DNA of 63,850 bases, filler included, from Octopus bimaculoides (GCF_001194135.2; 5 parts of 4 records of this genome joined end to end with filler, not necessarily neighbours in it), one strand, 5' to 3'; shown: positions 27,626 through 40,555, numbered from the whole stretch's first letter. Translations and numbers: made by a program. The notes: a model not told the origin generated them from the sequence alone.

Positions 27626-29643
27626 GCCGCAGCTTTGGCTGTATATATATATATATATATATATATTTCTTCTCATCTATTTATTCTATATCCTATCAAA
27701 ATTTCTCCGACGCGTTACGCATTACAGCGCGTCTTGGCCTAAATGCTCTTAATGTTTGTGTTCGTCGATTGCTTACTTTGTATATCCATCCTGTTACTAT
27801 TTTGTTCATTCGTAGCCCTATCTCACCACAAATTTTATATTTTCTGGATGCTGCTGTCTCATGACATTTTCCTATCTTGCCGCGGGAAGCTCGAAATAGG
27901 GAGTAATAAACAGTCGACAACTGAGAATAAGTTAGATTTCGTTTGGTATTTTGTCCCGTACTTGTCTCTCGTTATGTGTTTACGTATTTTCACTCGTTGT
28001 TGATGTCCTGTTTTTATAGTGTATTTTTTTTGCATTTTGGGATATAAATATCTTTCGTGTGTTTACAAGTCTTTCGCTCGTCGGCGATGCCCTGTATTGA
28101 ATATGTAATTTTTACTTATTTATAATCAAACGCCACGCAGTCCTGTTCACAGTAAGTTATCTATCTATTTCAAGGAATTCTTTTCTTCAGTTTGTTACTT
28201 TATATATGTATTTAAGAATCAATTCATTCACTTCTGTAAACACACGCATGTGTGTATGCACATGCATATAGGTGTTTGTATATGTATGTGTGTGTGTCTG
28301 TCTGTATCTATATATGTGTGTCTGTGTATTGGTACATTTACCTATAAGATATAGACATGATTGACACAAAGAAATCTATGATTTATGACGTTATAATTAT
28401 AACTTACTCCCAATCTCTTAGATAAGACGTTAGAATGTTAGATATGGCTATTGTTTCTAGCATGACAGACGACTGTGTGGAAAGCTAGAGCAAATATCTA
28501 AGTTATTTTTCCATACTGGCATGCCATAAAACTGAATTTAATCTACTTTTGTTTTTGCTTTTTTTCAAACTTGGGTAGCTTATTCACAGAAAATGAATCA
28601 CTTTTTTAATGACAATAAAACATGAATAGAGGGAATTTTAGACTAATAAAATCTTTAATACTATAGTAAAGCAGTAAACGAATGAACACTTCAATAGAAT
28701 ATACAGCGAGTGGAAATTTTCACTTCAATATATCGTAGATTACTTTCCAATAAGAAGCAATGTACAAACTTATCAGTGGTATACACGCTGTATTTTATTG
28801 AAAAGCTAGTCATCATAGTCCGGTGCCTTTTGCATGGGGTCAAACCATCTATCATAATCAAAACACTAGAAATTTTCTAGAAGTATTTGTAATTCATGTA
28901 AATATTTAACAATTTCTCAATCTTATTAACAGAAGGGATACAAACAAATTAAATAGTTCTATAAGAGATAATATTTTTCATGGTTTTATAGTTATTTTCT
29001 GCTTTAAACAGGGTTGTAATACATTAATGTTTCTATCCTATCTCCACATTCTGTTATTATTCAGCTTTATAGATTTGAAACACGGAATATTAGGCATATT
29101 GCCCAAACTCACATCTGCGTCCTTGTCGAATTTTGAACGGTTGACTGCCATATGACAAAATTTCATTAAACGTATTAAAAGCACTGACCGACGATTCATT
29201 GAAGCAAAAGAAAAAAGAAAACAACACATAATATTGATTGAAATTAAACATCACCATACGATAGATACAAAACAATACAAAAGTGTGAAATTTGCCAGAC
29301 ATTCTATTTAGCCTCGAAAACAAATACATAGCATTTCTTTGTTCTTTGACAGATCTTAGCACTGTGCCAGATTCGTGAAAACATTTATGCTGAGAAATCT
29401 TGAAAATAAAAATCTTTATATCTCATTTTGCGCATATTATTGACAATTGCAATCTGTTCTACTGTGGCTATTCTTTCGCGTTTGAGGTATACTGTTATAA
29501 CAACTTTAAATAGTTGAATCATTTAAAGATAATCATTATTTGATACACACATAGATGTCCATAGATTTGCATTGTATTTATGTATACATATATATATATA
29601 TATATATATATGTGTGTCTGTTTGTGTTTGTAAATAGATATGC

Positions 29644-29690
<47 letters not shown>

Positions 29691-29789
29691 TACACTCACA
29701 CATATGTATGTATACATAAATACCTTCTTGTATACGAGAAAAGCTATTGCTAGAAAGAATCATGGAAATGAGTCAATGTTGATGCAATG

Positions 29790-30180
29790 TGAGGACCTTG
29801 TATGACTCTTGAGGTCGGCGAAAATTTTGCACATTCTATGACATAATGCACAACAGTGCCTTCCGGCTGGCAGAAGAATGAGGTGCCTCAGTATGAACTC
29901 TTTTGACATGCTTGTTCAATCCTTTCCACACCTTTGCACAAGTTGCAAATGTTCTGTTGAGAATAAGATCCGTTTCACAATTTACCATGAATCGATTCTT
30001 GTGAGTTCTCTGATGGCTGACCAGGCCTGCACGACTGAGACATCTCACACAAACGACACAGACAATAAACAACATTCCCTAATTCTCCACACGTTCATTC
30101 GCCCAATCTTCTCGTGCTTCATTCTTTCACCCCGAAACTTTAAACACCTACAGTGCACTCTCCATCTCCAATCATATATA
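29790..30180 (-). mobile_element. RTE (BovB-like) LINE C-terminus with three C2H2 zinc-finger remnants
   Basis: Minus strand WRWRVH...CLKF..ERMKHEKI, then CVVCVRCLSRAGLVSHQRTH, a degenerate TCAKVWKGLNKHVKRVH, and (other frame) CALCHRMCKIFADLKSHTRSSH. Confidence 0.65.
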
Positions 30181-30189
30181 TCTATTCTC

Positions 30190-30220
<31 letters not shown>

Positions 30221-30415
30221 GATAGAGGCAGATATAGCTATGTAGACAGATATACATACACAGAAACACATACACATTTAGTATAGTGTATAAACACTAA
30301 TAACTCAACAAAGAAAGAAGAAATTGGTACAAATGTGGTATAAGTTTGATAGCTTAAAAATTAAGAAGTTCATATACGTGGGGAATATATGTGTATATTT
30401 GTGCGTGTGTATGTT

Positions 30416-30465
<50 letters not shown>

Positions 30466-30487
30466 TGTGTGTGTGTGNNNNNNNNNN

Positions 30488-30549
<62 letters not shown>

Positions 30550-30765
30550 ATGCGCTTGTGTGAAAATCGGTATATTTCCAAACATGCACTTCTAGTTATC
30601 AAATACACTCATATTGCAACTTTGAAAAATAAATCAAACTCCACTGTTTCAGAAGCACTAAGTTCATCAATGGTAAATGCGATGTGTAAGTCTTCATAAG
30701 TGTAACAAGACAAGAGAATTAAGAAGGAAAATAATGAATATACAACTTAAATATTAAATACAATT

Positions 30766-30892
30766 ATTTTATCGACCCCGAAAGGTTGAAAGACAAAGTC
30801 GACGTCTGTGAGATTTGAACACAAAGAGTAAAAAAGACGAAATGCTGCTAAACCTTTAGTCCGGCGGGCTAACGATTCTGACAGCGCGCTGG
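30766..30892 (-). mobile_element. tRNA-derived SINE, family A (5' half)
   Basis: ATTTTATCGACCCCGAAAGGTTGAAAGACAAAGTCGAC...GACGAAATGCTGCTAA...GCTAACGATTCTG. Confidence 0.85.
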
Positions 30893-31877
30893 TTTGGCGT
30901 ATTTAATTCATTAAGCAAACAAACAGTTTGATTGCTACCTACTTCGTAAATTAGTTATCTAAAACTACTGCATCGACACAGTAGAGAGTAAATACTTCTG
31001 CTATTTGAATTTTTATAATGATGAAAGTTCGAATGGCTATAGTGCAATGAAATAGTACGTAATTTATGTTACTTCGATCCATTAACCGGATAAAACACTT
31101 GATACGGAGATAGCTCCTCAAAGACTGATATATGCTATAGGAACAAAAGGAAATGTAATACATCTAGAATACATTTATATAACTTAGGAAACCATAAAAC
31201 GAGAAACTGATTCACCATATGGTCAGAAATGAAAGAGGGCCTGTGAAAGATTAATGGATATTAGACTAAGGCCTCTAGAAACAGGATTTAGAAGTGAAAT
31301 ATAAGGGTTTTTCACCATCAGTTTCTAACGCGTTATCTAACGGTTAAAATTAATTTTATTGTTAGGGGTAATATTGTTATTGTTAGCAATTGCATTGTTG
31401 TTATTGTTAATGTTTTTACACGTTTACATAATTATTGCGCAACTTTGCATTCAGATCGTTTACACACAAATAAGTTAGAAACAGGGTGATACGGAGTCAA
31501 TCGCAACTGGTAGTAAGATTTTGACACATTGATTCGTCATCTATATATATAGATAATCATAAATATATAGGGATTGACAGTGACCTGCTTCTCCAACATA
31601 CTGAGAATTCAGAAATAGCAGTCAAAGAACTACTGATTTCAAAACTACAAATTATTACTCTAGATTGATAGCGATATTTTTGATACACACAGAACAAAAA
31701 ACAGTAGAGAAGAGTAAAAAAACCACCTGCCTTTAGTTAATTTAGTACGATCGTTTCACAGTTAAGAGTAAAGAATACTCTATTCTGATCTTCAGCTAAA
31801 TATTCTAATAAATTTGTTAATGTCTAAATAACTCACGTTAATTTTGACCATGCGACATCAATACCACGTGAGGAAGA

Positions 31878-31977
31878 NNNNNNNNNNNNNNNNNNNNNNN
31901 NNNNNNNNNNNNNNNNNNNNNTTAATTAATTAANNNNNNNNNNNNNNNNNNNNNNNNNNNNNNNNNNNNNNNNNNNN
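31878..31977. other. Artificial scaffold-joining spacer (44 N + TTAATTAATTAA + 44 N)
   Basis: Exactly 100 bp. The palindromic 12-mer at 31922-31933 puts TAA in all six frames. The identical structure occurs four times in the window. Confidence 0.95.
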
Positions 31978-32135
31978 ATATATATATATATATAATGGTA
32001 CTGTCGTATATATACACGCAACACCTAGCTTCCTTTTCTCGTCGTGACTCTCCATAAAACCGTATTCCCAGCTGATCCCTAAATATTTTTCTCTTCACCA
32101 TCTTTTCCTCGTTTTCCCATTTATTTGCTTTCTTC

Positions 32136-32162
32136 CTGATGAAGGACTACTTCTGAAACGTT
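32136..32162 (+). ncRNA. Minimal hammerhead ribozyme-like motif (Penelope-type), degenerate
   Basis: CTGATGA-A-GGA-CTACT-TCT-GAAA-CGT-T. The core is intact, stem II is weak and stem I is poorly paired. Confidence 0.4.
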
Positions 32163-32405
32163 AATGACCCATCCTCTTATTCTCAAGTGTTGTAGTAATA
32201 ACACTTCTGTTTAAACTTCTCGTTTTGCTTTTTCTTGTTTTGCCTACACACACACTCACACATATATGCATGAATGTATATGTGTGTATATGTTAGTGTG
32301 TGTATATACATACATACACACGCATATATATAAACGTAACCACATGTGAATCGTTGACGACGTTTTTTCCACCGTCTTCCTTTTCTATTGGACATTCCTC
32401 TATTT

Positions 32406-32432
32406 CCAAAGAAGAGCCTTGCTCGAAAAGTT
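32406..32432 (+). ncRNA. Decayed minimal hammerhead-like motif
   Basis: CCAAAGA-A-GAGC-CTT-GCTC-GAAAAGTT. Stem II is perfect but the core is mutated. The downstream flank (GAGCGTC..CTAATAC) is shared with the copy at 40556-40591. Confidence 0.35.
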
Positions 32433-33156
32433 AAACCACCTTTCTTCCCTTCCCTGAGCGTCTGCTAATACTTTGCATGTACCACGTCCTCGCGATGTTG
32501 TTTTCTTTGTGTTTGTCCTCCATTTTTAGGATTCACTATATGTGTTTCTGTGTGTGTGTGTGTGTATTAATAATTATACTAAACAGCATTATAAATCTAA
32601 TACATTTTATTTGACTAATCGCTTTCGCCTTCACTACATTCGTGCATTTGTATTTATGTGACGCACAACATAGAGTGTACTTAAGAAATTGTCGTCACAT
32701 CATTCATGGAATTTATTATTACTAATCCTCCTAGATCTTCCACTTTGTCCACAGTAGAGATTATCTTTCTCTATGAAACCTGTTTATTACTGCTGTTGTA
32801 GTTGCTTAATGCTATGTCAGCCCTGAATAGAGAGATCTAAATTCTAAGACATCAAAGCTGATTATCTGCTTTTTGTTTGTTGTTGGTTGGTCTTTTAGTA
32901 GTTTCTTTTTCATTGAGGAACGAGGCTAAAATTTCTCACAGGTAATTTCCCTTATATGGTAGCAGAGTGTGATTTATAGGATATTTAACTGTGTTGTCAA
33001 AAAAGTCAATCGACAACATAGCGAATACATATACGTTGGTCTGTCCTTAAAGTTAGAAATTGTAAACCGTCAACAGCTATATGTTGTGTTAAAAGATCAC
33101 ATCCCAAATGAAAAGACACGAAACGTTCACTGTTGTATGTAGGAACCCTGTTCATT

Positions 33157-33497
33157 CAGTGAGCTGTAAAGGAGCACTCCGTCGGTTACGACGACGAGCG
33201 GTCACACCTGATACGATCAACGGAACAGCTTGCTCGTGAAATTAACGTGCAAGTGACTGAGCATTCTACAGACACGTGTATCCTTAACGTAGTTCTCAGG
33301 GAGACTCAGCATGACACATAGTGTGACAAGGCCGGCCCTTTGAAATACAGGTAAAACTCAATTTTGCCAGATGAGTAGACTGGCGCAACGTGAAATAAAT
33401 TGTCTTGCTCAAGGGCACAACGCGTCGCCGGGAATTGAACTCACGACTTTACAATCGGAAGCCGAATGCCCTAACCACTAAGCCACGCGTCTTCAGC
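33157..33497 (-). mobile_element. tRNA-derived SINE, family C
   Basis: Minus strand begins GAAGACGCGTGGCTTAGTGGTTAGGGC (A box) ... GAGTTCAATTCCCGG (B box), followed by GTGCCCTTGAGCAAGAC...CCAGTCTACTCA, a V/Nin-like central domain (recalled, not verified). Confidence 0.85.
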
Positions 33498-34135
33498 CAG
33501 TGAGCTGTAAAGGAGCACTCCGTCGGTTACGACGACGAGCGGTCACACCTGATACGANNNNNNNNNNNNNNNNNNNNNNNNNNNNNNNNNNNNNNNNNNN
33601 NNNNNNNNNNNNNNNNNNNNNNNNNNNNNNNNNNNNNNNNNNNNNNNNNNNNNNNNNNNNNNNNNNNNNNNNNNNNNNNNNNNNNNNNNNNNNNNNNNNN
33701 NNNNNNNNNNNNNNNNNNNNNNNNNNNNNNNNNNNNNNNNNNNNNNNNNNNNNNNNNNNNNNNNNNNNNNNNNNNNNNNNNNNNNNNNNNNNNNNNNNNN
33801 NNNNNNNNNNNNNNNNNNNNNNNNNNNNNNNNNNNNNNNNNNNNNNNNNNNNNNNNNNNNNNNNNNNNNNNNNNNNNNNNNNNNNNNNNNNNNNNNNNNN
33901 NNNNNNNNNNNNNNNNNNNNNNNNNNNNNNNNNNNNNNNNNNNNNNNNNNNNNNNNNNNNNNNNNNNNNNNNNNNNNNNNNNNNNNNNNNNNNNNNNNNN
34001 NNNNNNNNNNNNNNNNNNNNNNNNNNNNNNNNGGAGTGGGGGGGGCGATGTAATCAACTTACCTCTTCCCAAGACATTACTGACCTTATGCCAAAATTTG
34101 GAATCAATATTTTCAACACACAAAGAACAAAATTG

Positions 34136-34315
34136 TGGTGAGCTGGCTGACTCGTTAGTACGTCGGACAAGATGTTTAGCGGCAGTTCTTCTAACTCTTT
34201 ACGTGTCTGAGTTCAAACCACACCGAAGTCAACTTTGACATTTATTTACTTAGGGATCGATAACATAAGGAACAAATCCAATAATAGGGTCGATGCAATG
34301 GACTTGTCCTCTCTC
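34136..34315 (+). mobile_element. tRNA-derived SINE, family A (diverged)
   Basis: GGTGAGCTGGC.GACTCGTTAG...GAGTTCAAA...GTCAACTTTG...GATCGATAA...GGGTCGATGCAAT. Confidence 0.8.
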
Positions 34316-36151
34316 CTCGTAACTTCTTGTTTAGAACCTGCACGATGAGTATTACTATAGTGGGTATGGTTTACGCGGAACCATTCTCTGCACAAACCAT
34401 TGTCCTTTCAAAATTGTATTGTTCCGGTGCAACAAGCACCACGAGTCCATTAGTTATCAGGAGACAGAATTTATTTGGAATTATCTCTTCTTTGATGAGC
34501 AGCTAAAAAGCTGAAGGGCCTCGTCTATGCTTAGTCCTTTGGGATGACTGTAAGTGACCTTGTTCCAGATGTAATTCCAATACATACTAGTAAACCTATA
34601 CTTGGGACTTTAACAGGTGATACTATTCTGGGACAGAACCACCTCTCAGTCGCTTTTGTTCCAATGTTTCTTATACAAGAAAGAATACAAATGGACTTCC
34701 AGACAAGTTCGTATTCAATTTTCGTTTACCAAATTTTACTGAAAATCTAAAGGTCGCTGATACAATCTAAGTTACGACATGGTGATATCGAACTTAGTAC
34801 GCTATATTGCGAAGTTCTTCTCTTACCAGAGACCTGGTCCAGATACTTGTAACAGATTGAATTTCATTATGGACTCCTAAATGTTATGTTGTACTAAACC
34901 TGGTAAAGGATTAAGTTAATCAACCATAAAAGAATAAAAATAAGCATTCCGACGGAACCCATACAATTTCTATTTAGAATATTATCATTTCATTAACTTA
35001 AATTGTGTTTCTAAAAAATCTTTGGCGTACCTAGATAGCCCTTGAGGCGTATCGTTTAAACCCGCTTTCTTAAGACTTACAATAACGTACCAAAAAGATA
35101 TATAAAAATATATCTAAAAATATTCAATCTCACAAGTTTACTGATCATTATACGAATTAACGAGGCAGCATCTAAATGGCAAAGTCGCTCGCCTTGCTAG
35201 AAACAACAGCTAAATTTTCTATATATCATAACCTACTAGATACATCGAATACTGTAGTCTGAGAGATTTTATTCCAGTAAGGAACAAAGACTTGAAGATC
35301 AAGATTTAACAAGAACCACAACAATAACAAATATTTATGGATCACAATGAGGCTATTTCTATGTAGTCGCACGAATTGCTAGAAATAGTAATCAAATCTT
35401 TCAAATCACCAGATATCAAGTGTAAAATTAAAAGGAAAAGATGTGGGGTGAAATACACATTGAGTACATAGGGCAAAAGACATGAAAAAAAAAAGACGGG
35501 ATGATTACATCTGGAATGCTTTTGAACATTGGTGAAATCAATTAGGGATGAACTGGGACAATGACAACAACACCAATGGATGCAAGCAATCGATCTTGCA
35601 AAGGTAAGAAGTAGAGTCAACCTATGTCAGATTTGAACGCAGCAAGACATGACTAAATTCAAAACCGCACCCTACATTTTCTGAAACTCCAACGCTCTCC
35701 TTTATATGAGTTTTTTTTTATAAATATTAAATAGCAAAAGATCTTAATCTATGAAACAGGTATTGTTTCACTGAAATCAGTCTGAGAAACTGCAACAAGC
35801 CACCATTCATACTTCTACATAAATAATTTACAATCGCTCAAAGGAATCAATTAATATTCTGAGTGAAGTAAAACGAGGCTGATGAAAGGATGACCTGGAG
35901 AGAACAACGCCCATTTATGTTGTAAAACGAAAGAAATGGCTGACAACATCTCCTTTCTTACAAAATTTACCTTTGGTAGACTCAGCCTTTAGTGGTCCGT
36001 GGTCCTAAGTATCATACTGTGCATGCAAGACTCAACTCAGAATTCCTTAATATCAACACGAGAATTACTCTGCATACAAACTAGTTGACTTTTTACATTA
36101 TTTACATTATTTACATTTGGTGGATAGTTGTCCTCAATTTGTTTGTTGTTA

Positions 36152-36195
36152 ACACAACATTTCGGCTGATATACCCTCCAGCCTTCATCAAGTGT
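36152..36195 (-). ncRNA. Minimal type I hammerhead ribozyme-like motif in a Penelope-type terminal repeat
   Basis: Minus strand ACAC-UUGAUGA-A-GGCUG-(10 nt)-CAGCC-GAAA-UGU-U-GUGU. Stem I (ACAC/GUGU) and stem II (GGCUG/CAGCC) pair perfectly. Two C-to-U changes separate it from CUGAUGA...GAAACGU. Confidence 0.55.
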
Positions 36196-36244
36196 ATTCT
36201 GGAAATTTCTAACCTGAGTTCTCATTCCTAAGGTATTTTGCAAG

Positions 36245-36850
<606 letters not shown>

Positions 36851-36857
36851 ATTGTTA

Positions 36858-36934
<77 letters not shown>

Positions 36935-36938
<4 letters not shown>

Positions 36939-36997
36939 TTACTGCCTGGAATCGAACTCGGAATCTAGGGGTTAGTAGCCAGCGCTCTTAGCTACTA
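36935..36997 (-). mobile_element. Short tRNA-like SINE head with (TAA)n tail
   Basis: Minus strand TAGTAGCTAAGAGCGCTGGCTACTAACCCCTAGATTCCGAGTTCGATTCCAGGC has a B box (GTTCGATTCC) and runs into (TAA)n at 36860-36934. Confidence 0.7.
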
Positions 36998-37250
36998 TCT
37001 TGACTTCAATTCCCACAATCCATACAGTGTAAAGAGAGGTATTGCTCAGTGCCTAAAACATCGAGGAAAGAATATAAGTAGCGATCGTGCTAACCACCAC
37101 GAAGAAATGAATCATGCTCAGTAACGGTCTATTAAGCGACAACTACCCCCAATACATACTATCCACTCCAATTATGAAGAAACGAGAGGATGAAACCAAT
37201 GAACTGTCCACAGTCTGTCTACCCTATGTGAAAGGCCTCGCTGAAAAAAA
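36996..37250 (+). mobile_element. Penelope-like element RT C-terminal fragment
   Basis: YLDFNSHNPYSVKRGIAQCLKHR...TVCLPYVKGLAEK matches the Penelope YL.F.S.HP.S.KRG...CL..RA...LPY.KG.SE motif. Confidence 0.85.
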
Positions 37251-38049
37251 TTAAGCGTATTCCTTATTCCGTTTGGCCTCATTTTATTCTCATTTTGCCT
37301 CTAAGTTATGCAACTTTGAAGAGTAAACAAGGCGTTAGACGAAGGACGAGATAGCACATTCCCGGCGAAAGGTACTGTCAGCATATAGAACGACAGCCAC
37401 CTGGTAGAATCGTTCGTACGTCGAACACAAATGACTTTGTCGTATTTCTTCCGACTCTTTCTATACTGAGTTCATATCCTGCACAGGTCCAATTTTCCTT
37501 TCATCCCTCCGAGAAGCAATACATTTCAGTGCTATGAAACTACTGGAATCGACAGCAGCCGCTATAAAGGTGCTTGATATGCTCAACAATACAACCACAT
37601 CTCCCTCTCATTGTCACATCCAAACGTCTATCATCGACTAATCTACTCCCTTCGTAATTACAAGCGTTGTCCTTTAATTAGTGATCCGGCAGATCCATTA
37701 GAGCGTCAGAAAAAATCATTTGCGATATGAGTTACGACGCTTTTGCATTGTGATTCAAAATGCCGCACAGAGTTCATCTTTGATTTCCAACCCTCCGTGG
37801 TCGATGCAATATTGTACTAGTCAAGCACTAGGATCAATGGTTTGGACCCATCCCCTCTCATCATAACTGTTGGGATTGCGCCAAAAGGAGAAAACATTCT
37901 ACTCGTTTGTGCGTAGGGAAAACCTGAGTTACGGTATTTTTTGCAGCTGTTAACATAATGGCTTTAAAACCCAGCAAATTTAAACTTTTTCTTTCATCCT
38001 TACGTGATCGATAAAATTAAGCACTAATCAGGTATTCACGTCGATGGTA

Positions 38050-38406
38050 TTTTTCGTCTTTTACTTGTTTCAAACAATAGACAGCGGCCATACTAGGGCA
38101 CCACATTGAAAAGTTTTAGTTCGAATGGATCAACCCTTGTACTAATTTCTGTTTCTGGTATTCATTCTATTGTTGTATTTGACTGAACTGCTAATGTACG
38201 GGGAAGTAAACACGCTAACCCCGGTTGTCAAGCAATGGTGGGGACAAATGCGACACAAAGACACACACGAACATATACAAATACGTATATATGTGTATAT
38301 ATATATATATATATATNNNNNNNNNNNNNNNNNNNNNNNNNNNNNNNNNNNNNNNNNNNNNNNNNNNNNNNNNNNNNNNNNNNNNNNNNNNNNNNNNNNA
38401 CATATA

Positions 38407-38474
<68 letters not shown>

Positions 38475-38660
38475 CATATATATATATATGCATATACGAC
38501 GGGCTTCTTTCAGTTTCTGTCTACCAAGTTTACTTACAAGATTGTGGTCGGTTAGATGTAATATTTGAAGACACTTATTGAAGGTGCCACGCAGTGAGAC
38601 TGAACCTAAAACAATGTGATTGGGAAGCAAGTTTCTTACCGCACAGCCACGCCTGCACCT
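38050..38660 (-). mobile_element. tRNA-derived SINE, family B with expanded internal (TA)n and gap
   Basis: Tail 38050-38270, internal TA array and N gap, head 38495-38660 (GACGGGCTTCTTTCAG...GGTGCCACGCAGTGAGACTGAACC). Confidence 0.85.
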
Positions 38661-38906
38661 GTACGTACGTACGTATGTATGAATGTATGTATGTGTGTGT
38701 GTCTGTGTATATGTATGTTTGTATGAATGTACAACCTAGTTGCCTGATGAGTTGGGATTTATGTAACGTATTTCACACTATCGAAGTAATTGGATTATGC
38801 TTAAGTCAAAATAAAAACTCCCAAAGAAGCAATTACAGAAATACCAGATAACCAATTTTTTAATACATACATACATACATACATACATACATTCATTCAT
38901 TCAGAG

Positions 38907-38938
<32 letters not shown>

Positions 38939-39344
38939 ACGCGCGCGCGCATATATAAGCAGCTATTAGTTAGAGATTATCAATCCGGGCAAAAACACTT
39001 CGTAAGCACTCTTTTAGCACACTAGACTAACAATATTGTTTAGATTAATGAAGAACTAGTGTTCTTATGATAGGGTCCAATCACAACTCTATATTGCAAA
39101 TCCGTGGTTGGGCTCCTGTAAAACTGCGTTCTACACAGAGTGACACAGAAGCCTCTACCCTTAGAGCAAATATGGCTTACGGTTGTTTCCAGTGGTCATT
39201 ATAAATATGTTACTGATGGGTTTACTCAATTTTTCTCAACTGACGAAGAGGTCAGTTCACTAAACCTATTAGTAACGAACCTATAATGACTACTGGAAAC
39301 AGCTTCTTACCACACAGCTATATGTTAATCTAGTTAGCTAGTTA

Positions 39345-39490
39345 GCTGGCGCTGATATGGCTGGGTGATAAAAAGTTTGCTTCCAACCACACAGTTCCGG
39401 GTTCAATCCGGCTGCATGGCACCTTAGGTCAACCAAAGTTTTGTGAATGGATTTGGTAAATGGAAGCTGAGAAAAAGCCCTTCGTAGACA
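39345..39490 (+). mobile_element. Family B SINE head with internal deletion
   Basis: GCTTCCAACCAC...GGGTTCAATCC...GGCACCTTAGGTCAACCAAAG...GAAGCTGAG.AAAAGCCC. Confidence 0.75.
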
Positions 39491-39501
39491 CTTACACACA
39501 T

Positions 39502-39532
<31 letters not shown>

Positions 39533-39799
39533 CATACATACATACATACATACACACACGTATATATGTAATTTAATATCCTTATCTAGCAGTCATTAGT
39601 GGCCAGTCATTTGTCTTATACAGGAAATAAATACCATGCATGTCGCTTAGATTACATCTTTGACTTTGTTTGTTTCATGGTGTTTGAGATAGAAATTGTG
39701 TTGCGTATATAAAGTAACTTGCCGGATAATATTACTGGGAGTCACTGGTTTTCGGACAGTTGTGTGAGTTTAAGAAACTGACTTTCCAAACGTGTGGTA

Positions 39800-40005
39800 C
39801 AGTAATCCCTCGACTATCGCAGAAGTTACGTTCCAAAACCATCCACAGAAATAATTAAAATCTAAAAAAATATGACTACCTATCGGTCGCAGAAACCCGT
39901 GATATCCTGGGCAGTCCGCGATATAAATTTACATATATTATACAGAAAAATCCGCGATGAACTGAGTGCGCGATAAGTGAACCGCGATATAGTGAGAGAT
40001 TACTG
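39800..40005. mobile_element. Tigger/pogo-like MITE (~206 bp)
   Basis: TIRs CAGTAATCCCTCG versus rc CAGTAATCTCTCA. TA at 39798-39799, TG (a decayed TA) on the right, and repeated CCGCGAT internal motifs. Confidence 0.8.
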
Positions 40006-40204
40006 TGCTTTGCTCGTTCTCACCGTATAATATTTTGGATACGTAGCCTCGGTTGTATTAATGCTTTGTGTATGAAAACACGTGTAGATGTATATATAAT
40101 TACCGTTGCATGGTCCCACAAATATGAGCTGCCAACCGAACACTTAGGTCAACTCCATTCACGTTATATTTAATCTATCTAGTTAGCTAGTTGGCTGCCG
40201 CCTA

Positions 40205-40352
40205 CGTGGCAGGATGGCGCCAACGTGGCTGGCTGGTAAAAAGTGTGCTTCCAACCACATAGTTCTGAGTTCAGTGCAACTGCGTAGCACCTTGGGCCGA
40301 CTAAAGACGTATGAATAAATTTGGTAGAGGGAAGCTGAAAGAAGCCCTTCAT
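40205..40352 (+). mobile_element. Family B SINE head with internal deletion
   Basis: Same deletion (CACCTTGGGCCGACTAAAG) and the same upstream flank as 39345-39490. Confidence 0.75.
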
Positions 40353-40358
40353 ATACAT

Positions 40359-40462
<104 letters not shown>

Positions 40463-40555
40463 ATAGTTGAAATTCATAGGAAAACAGAAGTAGAAGACAG
40501 CTGTATGAACAACAAACAAGTGTATTAGTTTGACGCTCGAGAGAAATGGAAATGT

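Noticed and set aside
29113-29183. Candidate minus-strand exon (FNEILSYGSQPF resembles the kinase WEILSYG.QP motif)
   Set aside because: The flanking kinase motifs (DVWSFG, etc.) are absent and no partner exons were found, so the short match is likely chance.
36935-36997. Possible true tRNA gene
   Set aside because: The 5' acceptor stem is missing and it runs directly into a (TAA)n tail, so it is better explained as a SINE head.
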